Of a DNA stretch of 64,000 nucleotides, positions 38,609 to 49,604 are shown piece by piece; position 1 is the stretch's first letter, and each line of letters starts with the position of its first letter. The position numbers and the translations under genes were made by a program. The notes beneath the pieces are model-generated. The model did no database searches, was not told the origin of the DNA, and saw only the letters and a list, made by a program, of their open reading frames with translations. The DNA lies in contig JAXGNR010000005.1 in assembly GCA_040767965.1 (NCBI GenBank), positions 96,001 to 160,000 on the forward strand, read 5' to 3'. The DNA is from Atribacterota bacterium (lineage in GTDB: Bacteria; Atribacterota; Phoenicimicrobiia; Phoenicimicrobiales; Stramentimicrobiaceae).

Positions 38609-39784
38609 ATGGTTTTAAGATTTTTAGATGCAGGAGAATCTCATGGAAGGTGTTTATTAGGAATAATTGAAGGATTTCCTCAGGGCGTTGAATTAAATCA
38701 GGAAAAAATAGATTATCAACTACAAAGGAGACAAGGTGGATTTGGAAGGGGAAGCCGGATGAAAATCGAACAAGATCACCTGGAAATCCTGGCTGGAATT
38801 ATAGAAGGGAAATCTATAGGAAGCCCAATCGGATTATTAATTAAAAACAAAGATTGGGAAAATAATGACCCGAAAAATATGAATGAGTTGACAATTCCCC
38901 GACCCGGACATGCTGATTTAGCAGGGTTAATTAAATATAATCTGGATAACTATCGACCAATTCTAGAGCGAGCGAGTGCCAGAAATACAGCGATGCGTGT
39001 TGCAATCGGAGCTATTGCTCAGCAATTGCTGGAATATTTTTCGATCTATTCATTTAGTCATGTTATCAGCATAGGTAATATTTCTGTTAAAAACGCAATT
39101 TTACAAAAAATAAAAAAAGAAAATTCTGTTGATTCATTGACAGAATTGAAAGATAAGATTAACAAATCAGCTGTTTTTTGTGTAGATGATGAGACATCTC
39201 AAGGAATGGTTCAGAAAATAAAACAGGCAGCTGAAGAGGGCAATTCTTTAGGGGGGCAATTTGAAATAATAGTAAGAAATGTTCCTATTGGGTTGGGTAG
39301 TCATGTTTTCTGGGATAGAAGAATAGATTCGCGCATTGCAGGTGCTCTAATGAGCATTCCCAGTGTGAAAGCTGTAGAAATAGGGGAAGGAATAAAAAGT
39401 TCTAAAAATAAAGGATCTATAGCCCATGATGCGATTTATTTCCAGAAAAACAAACAAAACTCTAATTATTATCGTAAAAAAAATTGGGCTGGAGGGATTG
39501 AAGGTGGAATAACAAATGGGGAGAATATAGTTGTGCGAGTTTACCTGAAGCCAATACCTACACTCTTGCAACCTCTTCCTTCAGTAGATATCAAAACAAA
39601 AAAAGAGATCAGAGCTGATTACCAAAGATCAGATATCTGTGTTGTTCCTGCAGCTAGTGCGGTAGGAGAGGCAGTAGTAAATTGGGAACTGGCCACAGTT
39701 TTTATAGAAAAATTTGGAAATGATTCTTTAAGAGAAATAGAAAATAACTTTAATAATTATCTGAAAAGGATACAGGAGTGTTAA
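38609..39784 (+). CDS. aroC: Chorismate synthase
   Basis: GESHG, PRPGHAD, ERASAR and GGIEGGITNG motifs. Confidence 0.96.
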   Translation: MVLRFLDAGESHGRCLLGIIEGFPQGVELNQEKIDYQLQRRQGGFGRGSRMKIEQDHLEILAGIIEGKSIGSPIGLLIKNKDWENNDPKNMNELTIPRPGHADLAGLIKYNLDNYRPILERASARNTAMRVAIGAIAQQLLEYFSIYSFSHVISIGNISVKNAILQKIKKENSVDSLTELKDKINKSAVFCVDDETSQGMVQKIKQAAEEGNSLGGQFEIIVRNVPIGLGSHVFWDRRIDSRIAGALMSIPSVKAVEIGEGIKSSKNKGSIAHDAIYFQKNKQNSNYYRKKNWAGGIEGGITNGENIVVRVYLKPIPTLLQPLPSVDIKTKKEIRADYQRSDICVVPAASAVGEAVVNWELATVFIEKFGNDSLREIENNFNNYLKRIQEC

Positions 39785-40299
39785 GTAAAAATATTATTAT
39801 TACCGGATTTATGGGGACAGGCAAAAGTACTGTCGGTAAATCTTTGGCGTTTATCTTGAAAAAACAGTTTTTGGATATGGATTCTCTGATTGAAGAAAAA
39901 GAAGGGAAAAGTATCACTGATATTTTTCAACTAAAAGGAGAAAATTATTTTAGAAATTTGGAAAAAAATATCTTAAAAGAAATTATAATGGGAGAAAATA
40001 TGGTTATTGCAACTGGAGGAGGGGCTTTACTGGAAGAAGATAATTTTATATTAGCCAACAAAGAAGGATTGGTTGTATTGCTAAAGGCAACCCCGACTGT
40101 AATATTTTCAAGATTAAAAAAGGATAAGAACAGGCCTTTGCTGTCAGGTGATGATAAATTAAGAAAAATCATCGATTTGATGGAAAAAAGAAAAGAGAAA
40201 TATGACCGTTTTGCTAATTCCATAGATACTTCAGATTTTACAGTAGAACAGATTGTTGGTGAAATAATAAAAATCTATCGGAGAAAATATAATGAATAA
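39778..40299 (+). CDS. aroK: Shikimate kinase
   Basis: GFMGTGKS, GE.YFR, ATGGG and RPLL motifs. Confidence 0.95.
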   Translation: MLSKNIIITGFMGTGKSTVGKSLAFILKKQFLDMDSLIEEKEGKSITDIFQLKGENYFRNLEKNILKEIIMGENMVIATGGGALLEEDNFILANKEGLVVLLKATPTVIFSRLKKDKNRPLLSGDDKLRKIIDLMEKRKEKYDRFANSIDTSDFTVEQIVGEIIKIYRRKYNE

Positions 40300-41383
40300 A
40301 ATAGAATTAAAATTTCAAAAACAATATGATTGTAAAATAATAATAAAAAAGGACATTCTAACAAAAATTGACCATTATCTAATTCCACTGCTGACAGGAA
40401 ACCATATTGTAATAATTACCAATAATTTGGTAAAGAATCTTTATGGAGATAATATCAGTAAAATAATTTCTAAGAAAAATATCACTGTTGACTTTATAGA
40501 AGTGCCTGATAGTGAAAGCAGCAAATCATTAACAGTTGCAGGTATGATTTATGATGAATTATTACAATTAAAAGCAGACAGGTCTACTGTTTTAATTACC
40601 CTGGGAGGAGGCGTAATTGGCGATTTAGGTGGATTTATTGCATCTACTTTTATGAGAGGAATTCCTTTTATACAAATACCTACTACATTGCTGGCTCAGA
40701 TTGACAGTAGCATAGGAGGAAAAGTTGCAATAGATCATTTTAAGGCAAAAAATATAATAGGGAGTTTTAATCACCCTATTGCCAATTTTATTGATCCGAA
40801 TGTTTTGATAAGTTTACCAGTCTCTCATCTGAAAAATGGAATTACTGAAGCAATTAAAATTGCCATAATATTTTCTCCAGATTTTTTCACCTGGATTGCT
40901 GAAAATCTAGATAAAATATTGCAAAAAGATGAAGAGTCGTTAGGTTTTTTGATAAAAGAAGCTGCTCAATTAAAAATTAAGACTGTACTGGAAGATCCCT
41001 GGGAAAAAAATCAACGACATTTTCTTAATCTGGGACATAGTATCGGACATGCAATCGAATCTGTTAAGGGATATGAGACTATTTCTCACGGAGAGGCAGT
41101 TGCCATGGGGATTGTGCTGGAAACAAGAATTGCTTACCAGAAAAGAATATGTAGCCTGGAAACCAAAGAAAAAATTGAGAATATTTTTCAAAAAATAGAT
41201 ATCCTTCCAGAAGTATGTTTGGATAAAGAAACTCTGGGGAAATATTGGAATTCATTGCTTTTAGACAAGAAAAATAAAAACGGAATAATTCGTTTTGTAT
41301 TGCCTGAAAAAATAGGTAAAGTGCAAATGTTTCAGCCGATATATAAAGAAGACCTGGAATTTGCATTTAACTCGCTTAGATAA
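40292..41383 (+). CDS. aroB: 3-dehydroquinate synthase
   Basis: GGGVIGDLGGF, PTTLLAQIDSSIGGK, LNLGHSIGHAIE and HGEAVA motifs. Confidence 0.96.
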   Translation: MNKIELKFQKQYDCKIIIKKDILTKIDHYLIPLLTGNHIVIITNNLVKNLYGDNISKIISKKNITVDFIEVPDSESSKSLTVAGMIYDELLQLKADRSTVLITLGGGVIGDLGGFIASTFMRGIPFIQIPTTLLAQIDSSIGGKVAIDHFKAKNIIGSFNHPIANFIDPNVLISLPVSHLKNGITEAIKIAIIFSPDFFTWIAENLDKILQKDEESLGFLIKEAAQLKIKTVLEDPWEKNQRHFLNLGHSIGHAIESVKGYETISHGEAVAMGIVLETRIAYQKRICSLETKEKIENIFQKIDILPEVCLDKETLGKYWNSLLLDKKNKNGIIRFVLPEKIGKVQMFQPIYKEDLEFAFNSLR

Positions 41384-41405
41384 AAAAGAAAAAAGAGGGA
41401 AAACA

Positions 41406-41849
41406 ATGAAAATTAATATTATTCATGGTCCGAATTTAAACCAGTTAGGCAAGAGAAAGAAAGAGCATTATGGAGTATTATCTCTGGAAGAAATTAACTG
41501 TCTGCTAGAGAAAAAAGCTGCCCAGCTTAATATTCAATTGAAAATATTGCAATCAAACTATGAAGGGAAAATAATAGATTTTATTCAACACTCTTCCCAA
41601 GAGGCTGATGGTTTGATAATTAATCCAGGTGCTTTCACTCATTATAGTTATGCGATTAGCGATGCTTTGGAAGACTGTAAGATTCCTGCTATTGAAGTGC
41701 ATCTGTCCAACATATATTCCCGTGAAGATTTTAGAGCAAAATCGGTAACAGCAAGATCCTGCACAGGTCAAATTGCTGGTTTGGGATATCATGGGTATTT
41801 GCTGGCAATAGAAGGAATGTATTTTTTAATTAATGGGAGGAAAGCTTGA
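41406..41849 (+). CDS. aroQ: Type II 3-dehydroquinate dehydratase
   Basis: HGPNLN.LG.R...YG, INPGAFTHYS and EVHLSNI..RE.FR motifs. Confidence 0.95.
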   Translation: MKINIIHGPNLNQLGKRKKEHYGVLSLEEINCLLEKKAAQLNIQLKILQSNYEGKIIDFIQHSSQEADGLIINPGAFTHYSYAISDALEDCKIPAIEVHLSNIYSREDFRAKSVTARSCTGQIAGLGYHGYLLAIEGMYFLINGRKA

Positions 41850-42742
41850 AAAAGGAGTATTTAATGAATGAAGATAGTGATTTTAGTGAATTTAAAAGGA
41901 TTACAATTATAGGTTGTGGTTTGATCGGAGGTTCAGTCGGTCTTACTTTAAAGAAAAAAAAATACGCAGTTGAAATTGTCGGAATTGATCATGAACAAAT
42001 AATTGAGAAAGCGTCCTCGTTAGGAGCGATCGACTGGGGAACTACAGAAATTAGAAAAGGTGTTGAAGGAGCAGATCTGGTAATCCTTGCTACACCGGTA
42101 AAAGAAATAATAAAACTCATGACAGAGATTAAACCTTTTGTATCAGCTAATTGTCTTGTTACTGATACAGGAAGCTCTAAAGAAAGGATTCTAATAGAAG
42201 CGCAAAAAATATTTTGTGATAAATGTGATTTTATAGGGGGCCATCCAATGGCTGGACTGGAAAATGGGGGAATTGAATTTGCTCAAGCCGGTTTATTTTC
42301 TAACAAACCTTTCATTTCTGTTGAAAAAAAAGGAAATAAGCTGCAAGCCAGACAAAAAATGACTAATTTCATAAAAATGATAAATGCTATAGAAATAAAG
42401 TTAAGAGCTATTGAACATGATCAAATTATTTCCCTGGTCAGTCATGTTCCACAATTAGTTGCTATTATTTTTACTAACTTGTTTGGCCAGCTAATACAGA
42501 AAGATTTTTCTGAAGACTGCTATAAAATAGGGGGTAAAGCTTTTAACGAAATGACCAGAGTAGCAAGCAGTCCTTTTTCCATGTGGGGAGATATCTATGA
42601 AACTAACAACATATGGACAGTTGATTCTATTGAAAAAATAGAAGAAATGCTAAAAAAAATAAAAGAAAAAATAATTAAAAATCCAGAAGAGTTGAAAGAG
42701 GACTTTTTAGCGGCAAAATATTTTAAAGAGAAAATGTCTTAA
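41846..42742 (+). CDS. tyrA: Prephenate dehydrogenase
   Basis: GCGLIGGS, TDTGSSK, GGHPMAG, EHD, SHVPQL and MTRVASS motifs. Confidence 0.92.
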   Translation: MKKEYLMNEDSDFSEFKRITIIGCGLIGGSVGLTLKKKKYAVEIVGIDHEQIIEKASSLGAIDWGTTEIRKGVEGADLVILATPVKEIIKLMTEIKPFVSANCLVTDTGSSKERILIEAQKIFCDKCDFIGGHPMAGLENGGIEFAQAGLFSNKPFISVEKKGNKLQARQKMTNFIKMINAIEIKLRAIEHDQIISLVSHVPQLVAIIFTNLFGQLIQKDFSEDCYKIGGKAFNEMTRVASSPFSMWGDIYETNNIWTVDSIEKIEEMLKKIKEKIIKNPEELKEDFLAAKYFKEKMS

Positions 42743-42824
42743 AATTCTATTAATTTTAAAATATTAAAATAAATAATTACATTAATTAAAAAAATTAAAA
42801 GAATAAAAGAAGAGGTAGTAAATT

Positions 42825-43706
42825 ATGGATGAAAATAGTGATTATGAATATAAGATGAATAAAAAAATAGCTTTACAAGGAGAAATCGGGTCTTTTAGTG
42901 AAATGGCTGCTTTGAATTATTTTGGTTCTGCAATTGAAATATTACCCTGCAACAGTTTTGAACAGGTTAGCCAAAAAATGAAAGAAGGCATGGCAGAATA
43001 TGCGATATTACCAATTGAAAACTCTCAAACTGGTAGCATTAATAGTGTTCATGATATTCTTTTAAATGAAGATTTATTTGCAAATGGAGAGATTGCTCTA
43101 AAAATAGAACATTGTCTTATTACTCATTATGACGTTGTTCAGGAGCAAATTGAGAAAATCTTTTCTCATCCTCAGGCTTTAGCCCAATGTGAAAAATATC
43201 TTTCGCAAAAATTTCCGAACAGGCATATAATCCCAGTGTATGATACTGCAGGCAGCATCAAGCAAATCAAGGAATCGCATGATGTCAAAGCAGCCGGGAT
43301 TGCCAGCAGCAGGGCAGCAGCTTATTACGAAATGCAAATTATGGAAAAGGGAATAGAAGATAACCCGTTTAACTATACTAGATTTTTGGTTTTATCCAGA
43401 GATAGAAAGGAAAACAGAGAAAATAATAAAACATCTATTATATTTGCTGTAGTCAGTGTTCCGGGAGCAATTTACAGATGTTTGCAAGAATTTGCAATCA
43501 GAAATATTAATTTATCCAGATTGGAGTCCAGACCCAGCAGGAGAAGACCATGGGAGTATGTTTTTTATATGGACTTCGAAAAAGGAATACAGGACGAGGT
43601 ATCACAAGAGGCTTTAAATGCTCTTAAAAGTCATACAACATTTGTGAAAATTATCGGCTCATATCCTTCAACAGCAAATCCTTTAAATATGATCAGCTCA
43701 GTATAA
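42825..43706 (+). CDS. pheA: Prephenate dehydratase (monofunctional, with ACT domain)
   Basis: PIENS, SHPQALAQC, NYTRF and INLSRLESRP motifs. Confidence 0.94.
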   Translation: MDENSDYEYKMNKKIALQGEIGSFSEMAALNYFGSAIEILPCNSFEQVSQKMKEGMAEYAILPIENSQTGSINSVHDILLNEDLFANGEIALKIEHCLITHYDVVQEQIEKIFSHPQALAQCEKYLSQKFPNRHIIPVYDTAGSIKQIKESHDVKAAGIASSRAAAYYEMQIMEKGIEDNPFNYTRFLVLSRDRKENRENNKTSIIFAVVSVPGAIYRCLQEFAIRNINLSRLESRPSRRRPWEYVFYMDFEKGIQDEVSQEALNALKSHTTFVKIIGSYPSTANPLNMISSV

Positions 43707-43947
43707 AAAAGAAATAAAATTGATAAAACTAAATAACTTAATTTTATAATTATTTATTTAAAGATTAATTCAACTTTTCAGACGTTTCAATGTTCTTCAC
43801 TTTAAGCCGGCATGGATTTTTTATTATAAATGTTGTAATATATAGAACATCATCATAATATTTAATTATTGTTTTTTCTGTGTTATTATTATTTTTATAT
43901 ATTTAGATGAAAAAGTTAATACATTTTCGGGGGAATTTTTATTTCAA

Positions 43948-45663
43948 ATGAATACTAATAATCATGAATCTAAAGAAAAAGTTAATTTTATTCAAGCAAT
44001 TATAGATCAGGATAAAGAAAAAAATAAATATAATGGCAGAATTCATCTGCGCTTTCCTCCTGAACCAAACGGATATTTACATATCGGGCATGCTAAGTCC
44101 ATTTGTTTAAATTTTGGCTTAGCAGAAAAAAATAATGGGCTTTGTAATTTACGCTTTGATGATACAAATCCATCAAAAGAGGATACAGAGTATATTAATT
44201 CAATTATTCGTGATGTGAAATGGTTGGGATACGATTGGGGAGACCGGCTTTTTTATGCTTCAGATTACTTTGACAGAATGTATGAAGATGCTGTTTCTCT
44301 TATTAAACAAGATAAAGCCTATGTATGCGATTTAAGCCCGGATGAAATCAGGGAATATAGAGGGACTTTTATTAAAACAGGGGAAAACAGCCCTTATCGA
44401 AATAGATCTATAGAAGAAAACTTAAAGTTATTTCAACAGATGAGAGAGGGCAAGTTTGAGGATGGCTCACGAGTGTTAAGAGCTAAAATAGATATGAACT
44501 CACCCAATCTGAATATGCGTGATCCTGTTCTGTACAGAATAGTAAAAAAATCACACCACCGAACCGGAAACAAATGGCATATTTATCCTATGTATGATTA
44601 TGCTCATCCTTTAGAAGACTATTATGAGAACATAACTCATTCAGTATGTACATTGGAATTCGAAGACCACAGGCCTTTGTATGACTGGATTCTTTCAAGT
44701 CTTTATTCAACTGAACTTCCTCAGCAAATCGAGTTTGCCAGACTAAACCTCAGCAGGACTATCATGAGCAAGAGAAGACTTAGAGTATTGGTAGAAGATG
44801 GTTATGTAAATGGATGGGATGACCCTCGTCTGCCTACCATTTCAGGGTTACGAAGAAGAGGCTATACCCCTGAGGCAATTAGAAAATTTTGTGATCGAAT
44901 TGGAGTAGCAAAAACAAACAGTGTGGTTGATATTCAATTTTTGGAACACTGCATAAGAGAGGATTTAAATAAGAGTGCACAAAGAGTGATGGCTGTTTTA
45001 AATCCGTTAAAACTTATAATTGATAATTACCCGGAAGATTATACAGAAGACCTGGAATGTGAAAATAATCCTGAAGATCCTCAGGCCGGAACCCGCAAGG
45101 TCTCCTTTTCCAGAATTTTATACATTGAAAGAGAAGATTTTCATGAAGATCCTCCCAAAAAATATTTTAGACTGGCTCCAGGGAAAGAAGTAAGATTAAA
45201 AAATGCCTATATTATTAAATGTCATAACTTTGTAAAAGATGAACAAACAGGTGAGGTTAAAGAAATACATTGTTCTTATGACCCGGAAACCAAAAGTGGC
45301 GGTCCTGGCGCCAGCAGAAAAGTGAAAGGAACTTTACATTGGGTTTCTGCAAAACATGCTGTAAAAGCTGAAATCCGTTTATATGACTATCTTTTATTGG
45401 AAGAAAGAGATAATAAAGGAGAAGAGGGAAAAGACAATTTTACTGATTGCATTAATAACAATTCTCTGGAAATATTAAAAGACTGTCTGGTAGAACCAGG
45501 TTTGACCAATGCTTTTAAAGAAGATAAATTCCAATTTATGCGAAAAGGTTATTTTTGTTTTGATCCAGACTCAAAGCCTGACAAGTTAGTTTTCAACCGT
45601 ATTGTTACTTTACGAGATAGCTGGGAGAAAATAATAAAATCAAACCAGATTGGTGATAAATAA
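43948..45663 (+). CDS. glnS: Glutaminyl-tRNA synthetase
   Basis: [31 protein letters not shown] and [10 protein letters not shown] motifs. Confidence 0.95.
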   Translation: MNTNNHESKEKVNFIQAIIDQDKEKNKYNGRIHLRFPPEPNGYLHIGHAKSICLNFGLAEKNNGLCNLRFDDTNPSKEDTEYINSIIRDVKWLGYDWGDRLFYASDYFDRMYEDAVSLIKQDKAYVCDLSPDEIREYRGTFIKTGENSPYRNRSIEENLKLFQQMREGKFEDGSRVLRAKIDMNSPNLNMRDPVLYRIVKKSHHRTGNKWHIYPMYDYAHPLEDYYENITHSVCTLEFEDHRPLYDWILSSLYSTELPQQIEFARLNLSRTIMSKRRLRVLVEDGYVNGWDDPRLPTISGLRRRGYTPEAIRKFCDRIGVAKTNSVVDIQFLEHCIREDLNKSAQRVMAVLNPLKLIIDNYPEDYTEDLECENNPEDPQAGTRKVSFSRILYIEREDFHEDPPKKYFRLAPGKEVRLKNAYIIKCHNFVKDEQTGEVKEIHCSYDPETKSGGPGASRKVKGTLHWVSAKHAVKAEIRLYDYLLLEERDNKGEEGKDNFTDCINNNSLEILKDCLVEPGLTNAFKEDKFQFMRKGYFCFDPDSKPDKLVFNRIVTLRDSWEKIIKSNQIGDK

Positions 45664-45700
45664 TGCCTTTATATTACTATAAATACCAGGTTAAATATAG

Positions 45701-46861
45701 ATGAAGATTGCCTTTTTTACCAATTGTTATAAGCCTTTGATAAATGGTGTAGTCAGCAGCATTATTTCATTAAAAACTGCCTTTGAGAAAAAAGGTCACA
45801 GTACTTATATTTTTGCCCCAAAAGTAGAAGGATATACCGATGAAGAAGAAAATATATTCAGATACCACTCTGTTAATTTAACAAATCGGGTAAAATATCC
45901 TATCGCCATCCCTCTTTCGATGAGGGCGAGTAAGGTTATTAATGAATTTAAACCAGATATAATTCATCTTCATCATCCTTTTGTGTTAAGCATGCCTGCT
46001 ATTATGTATGCGGAAAAATTAAAAATACCTAAAATATTGACTATTCACACTCAATACGAAAGGTATGCATATTATATTTCTCCAATACCGCAGGCTATTA
46101 TACAGGAGGCAATTAAAAGAATAATATTTCACCTGGCAGATAAAATTGATGTTATAACTACACCTTCAGAGTCTATGAAAAATTTTATTAATAAGTACAA
46201 AATAAAAAAAGATATAGTTGTTGTACCTAATGCCATTAATTTAAATCTTTTTCAGGACAGGGATCAACAGGAATGCCATTCATTAAAAGAAAAATTTGAG
46301 ATAAAAGAGAATGATACTACTATTCTTTATGTAGGTAGAATTTCTCTGGAAAAAAATATAGAAAAAATCATTCAAGCTGTTGCACTGATTCATGAAAAAG
46401 GTATCATAAACATAAAATTATTATTGGTTGGCGACGGAACAGCTCTGGAACAGATGAAAAAGCTGGTTAAAACATTAAAAATAGATAAAATGGTTCATTT
46501 TGCTGGTGCCGTAAAGAATGAGGTTATTAAAAGTTATTATCAAATATCAGATATATTTGCTTTTACATCTACCTCTGAAACATTTGGACTGGTGATAATT
46601 GAAGCAATGGCTTCAGGTTTACCGGTATTGGCAGTTAAGGCTCCAGGTGCTGTGGATATTATCAGTGATGGTAAGGATGGTATCTTATCTGAAGATGATG
46701 TTGCTAATTTCGCAATTCATTTAGAAAAGTTAATAGTTGATAAAAATTTTAGGAATTATCTTTCTCAAGCTGCTCTTTTAACTGCAAAAAAATATAGTTT
46801 TGATTCTGTTGCTGATAAAATGTTAGAAGTATATCAAAGATTAAGCATGAACCGTAAATAG
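45701..46861 (+). CDS. GT4 glycosyltransferase (diacylglycerol glucosyltransferase-like)
   Basis: Y.P.INGV, HTQYE, YVGRISLEKN and SETFGLVIIEAMASG motifs. Confidence 0.85.
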   Translation: MKIAFFTNCYKPLINGVVSSIISLKTAFEKKGHSTYIFAPKVEGYTDEEENIFRYHSVNLTNRVKYPIAIPLSMRASKVINEFKPDIIHLHHPFVLSMPAIMYAEKLKIPKILTIHTQYERYAYYISPIPQAIIQEAIKRIIFHLADKIDVITTPSESMKNFINKYKIKKDIVVVPNAINLNLFQDRDQQECHSLKEKFEIKENDTTILYVGRISLEKNIEKIIQAVALIHEKGIINIKLLLVGDGTALEQMKKLVKTLKIDKMVHFAGAVKNEVIKSYYQISDIFAFTSTSETFGLVIIEAMASGLPVLAVKAPGAVDIISDGKDGILSEDDVANFAIHLEKLIVDKNFRNYLSQAALLTAKKYSFDSVADKMLEVYQRLSMNRK

Positions 46862-47059
46862 TTTAGGATTACATTTCTGCCAATCTTTATATTAATAGCT
46901 ATTTAAATCTATTTGAGATTCTCAAATAGATTTCTAAATTTTAAGGTAGAAAGTTTATTTATTACATTTTTTAAGCTAAAATCTTTTAGCGTAATACATA
47001 GTAAAAATATTATATTTTATGAAAATATAAATATAGAACATAATAATGGAGGAAAACGA

Positions 47060-48247
47060 ATGGTAAAACCATTACAGGGAATTCGCGTTTTGGATTTAGG
47101 GCATGTTCTTTCTATGCCGACTTGCACCATGCAACTAGCTTCTCTGGGAGCAGAGGTAATAAAAATAGAAAGACCTGGATTAGGCGATGACGCAAGAAGA
47201 TTTGGTCCTTTTATCAATGGAGAAAGCGGATATTTTATAAGTATTAATTGCAATAAAAAAAGCATAACTTTAGATTTAAAAAAAGAAAAAGGGAAAGATA
47301 TTTTTAAAGAATTAGTAAAAAAAGTTGATATAGTTACGGAAAATTTCAGACCTGGTACTATGGCTAAAATGGGTTTAGATTATGAAAATTTAAAAAAAAT
47401 TAATCATGGAATAATATATGCTTCTATAAGTGGTTTTGGCCATAAAAGTGTTGATAAAAAAAGGCCCGGTTATGATATTATAGCTCAGGCTGTTGGAGGG
47501 ATTATGGCTATTACCGGTTACCCGGATAGCCCGCCTACCAGAACCGGCTTTTCAGCTGCTGACATTTTTTCCGGAACATTTTCTACTATTGGAATTTTGG
47601 CAGCTTTGAGATACAGGGATATTACCGGAGAAGGGCAATCTATAGATATAAGCATGATGGATTCAGCTGTTTCAGTTCTTGAAAATGCTCTGGTAAGATA
47701 TACTTCCACCGGGATTTTACCAACCCGTATTGGCAGTCAACATCCTTCAATTACTCCTTTTGATGTATTTGAAACTAGAGACGGATGGGTTGTAATTGCC
47801 ATTGGAAACGACTCTCTTTGGAAAAAATTTTGCAAAGCAGCTAATCTGGAAATACTGCTTGAAAACCCTAATTACAGTACAAACGAAAAACGTACAGAAA
47901 GTTACCAGCAATTAAAGCCGATTATTTCCAAATGGACAAAAAATATTTCTTCTGAATCTATAATCAGTCAATTGAATGAAGCAGGGATTCCAGTTGGTAA
48001 TGTTAATAATGTAGAAGATATAATCCATGACCCTAATATTAAATTAAGGGATATGCTGGTAGATATAGAACATCCTGTAGCGGGAAAAATGACCATTGTC
48101 AATTCACCAATAAAATTGTCAAAAAGTGAAAATGTTGATGTTTCTCCTGCTCCATTACTGGGAGAACACACAACAGATGTTTTGAAAACTATACTGGGAT
48201 TATCACAAGAAAATATTGATAAATTAAAAAAAGAACAGATAGTTTAA
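47060..48247 (+). CDS. Family III CoA-transferase (CaiB/BaiF)
   Basis: PLQGIRVLD, GAEVIKIE, NKKSITLDLK, ENFRPG and PGYD motifs; SD GGAGG before ATG 47060. Confidence 0.92.
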   Translation: MVKPLQGIRVLDLGHVLSMPTCTMQLASLGAEVIKIERPGLGDDARRFGPFINGESGYFISINCNKKSITLDLKKEKGKDIFKELVKKVDIVTENFRPGTMAKMGLDYENLKKINHGIIYASISGFGHKSVDKKRPGYDIIAQAVGGIMAITGYPDSPPTRTGFSAADIFSGTFSTIGILAALRYRDITGEGQSIDISMMDSAVSVLENALVRYTSTGILPTRIGSQHPSITPFDVFETRDGWVVIAIGNDSLWKKFCKAANLEILLENPNYSTNEKRTESYQQLKPIISKWTKNISSESIISQLNEAGIPVGNVNNVEDIIHDPNIKLRDMLVDIEHPVAGKMTIVNSPIKLSKSENVDVSPAPLLGEHTTDVLKTILGLSQENIDKLKKEQIV

Positions 48248-48356
48248 TTATAATAAAAACTATCTGGTACACCAGGACAGACTATATTTTTATTTTTTCC
48301 GTAATGCTATAATATATTTAAAATATTCATATTATAGATGAAAGGAGAAAAGTAAA

Positions 48357-49460
48357 ATGAGAAGACCAGATATGATGAAAAAAAAGATAAATATAATTAG
48401 AAAAGCTCTTTTAATATTAATATTTGCAACTATACTTGCTGTTAATTTGCTGGCTTTTTGCCAGGAAGAAGCAATTGAAAAAGCTACTTTTGCAGGAGGA
48501 TGTTTTTGGTGCATTGAAGCTGCATTTGAAAAATATGAAGGAGTAGTAGAAGCCGTATCCGGTTATATTGGAGGGCATACTATTAATCCTACCTACGAAG
48601 AGGTCTCCACCGGGAAAACCGGACATTATGAGGCTGTGGAAATACATTATAATCCGAAGATTATTAATTATCAAGAATTATTAGAGATATTCTGGCAAAA
48701 TATAGATCCCACTGATGCAGGAGGGCAATTTGCTGATAGGGGAAGCCAGTATTTAACTGCTATTTTTTATCATAACCAGCAACAAAAAGAATTAGCAGAA
48801 ATATCTAAATTAAAAATCGAGGAATCACTAAAATATGAAAGGGATATTGCCACCAGGATATTACCGGCAGCTGAATTTTATCCTGCAGAAGAGTACCATC
48901 AGGATTATTATAAAAAAAATTCTTTTGGTTATACATTATATAGTGTAGCTTCTGGCAGGAAAGATTATCTAGATTCAATCAAGGAGGATAATGTTATGGA
49001 AAGAGCTTGGGATCAAAATTATCAAAAACCAACAAAAGATGAATTAAAAGAAATGTTAACAGATTTACAATATGAGGTTACTCAGGAAAATGGGACTGAG
49101 CCTCCTTTTGAAAACGAATACTGGAACAATAAAAAAGAAGGAATATATGTAGATATTGTTTCCGGGGAACCATTATTCAGCTCTATAGATAAATTTGATT
49201 CTGGTACTGGCTGGCCTAGTTTTACCAAACCTTTAGAGCCGGATAATATAACAGAAAAAGAAGATAGAAGTTATTCGATGTTGAGAATAGAAGTAAGAAG
49301 CAGATATGCAGATTCTCATCTTGGGCACCTGTTTAATGATGGCCCACCGCCAACAGGAATGCGTTACTGCATTAATTCTGCTGCGCTGCACTTCATAGAA
49401 AAAGAAAACCTGGAAAAAGAAGGTTATGGGGAATACCTTGAGTTGTTCAATATTAATTAA
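48357..49460 (+). CDS. msrAB: Bifunctional methionine sulfoxide reductase with an N-terminal export signal
   Basis: GGCFWC and AEEYHQDYY (MsrA); GWPSF, HLGHLF and RYCINS (MsrB). Confidence 0.94.
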   Translation: MRRPDMMKKKINIIRKALLILIFATILAVNLLAFCQEEAIEKATFAGGCFWCIEAAFEKYEGVVEAVSGYIGGHTINPTYEEVSTGKTGHYEAVEIHYNPKIINYQELLEIFWQNIDPTDAGGQFADRGSQYLTAIFYHNQQQKELAEISKLKIEESLKYERDIATRILPAAEFYPAEEYHQDYYKKNSFGYTLYSVASGRKDYLDSIKEDNVMERAWDQNYQKPTKDELKEMLTDLQYEVTQENGTEPPFENEYWNNKKEGIYVDIVSGEPLFSSIDKFDSGTGWPSFTKPLEPDNITEKEDRSYSMLRIEVRSRYADSHLGHLFNDGPPPTGMRYCINSAALHFIEKENLEKEGYGEYLELFNIN

Positions 49461-49504
49461 ATTATTATCCCTTGAATTAATAAAAAATTAATTAATATTC
49501 TGAA

Positions 49505-49572
49505 TTGACTTTCTTTTTTTATGTTGTTATAATGTGTTAAAATATTAATACATTAAAAGTTTAATGGATTAA
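49505..49572 (+). promoter_or_regulatory. Promoter plus tandem TrpR-family operator array
   Basis: TTGACT-N17-TATAAT; TTAA at 49537, 49545, 49553, 49561 and 49569 (8-bp period); palindrome CATTAAA-AG-TTTAATG at 49551-49566. Confidence 0.7.
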
Positions 49573-49604
49573 AGAAAATAAATTAAGTCATTTAGGAGTA
49601 AAAC

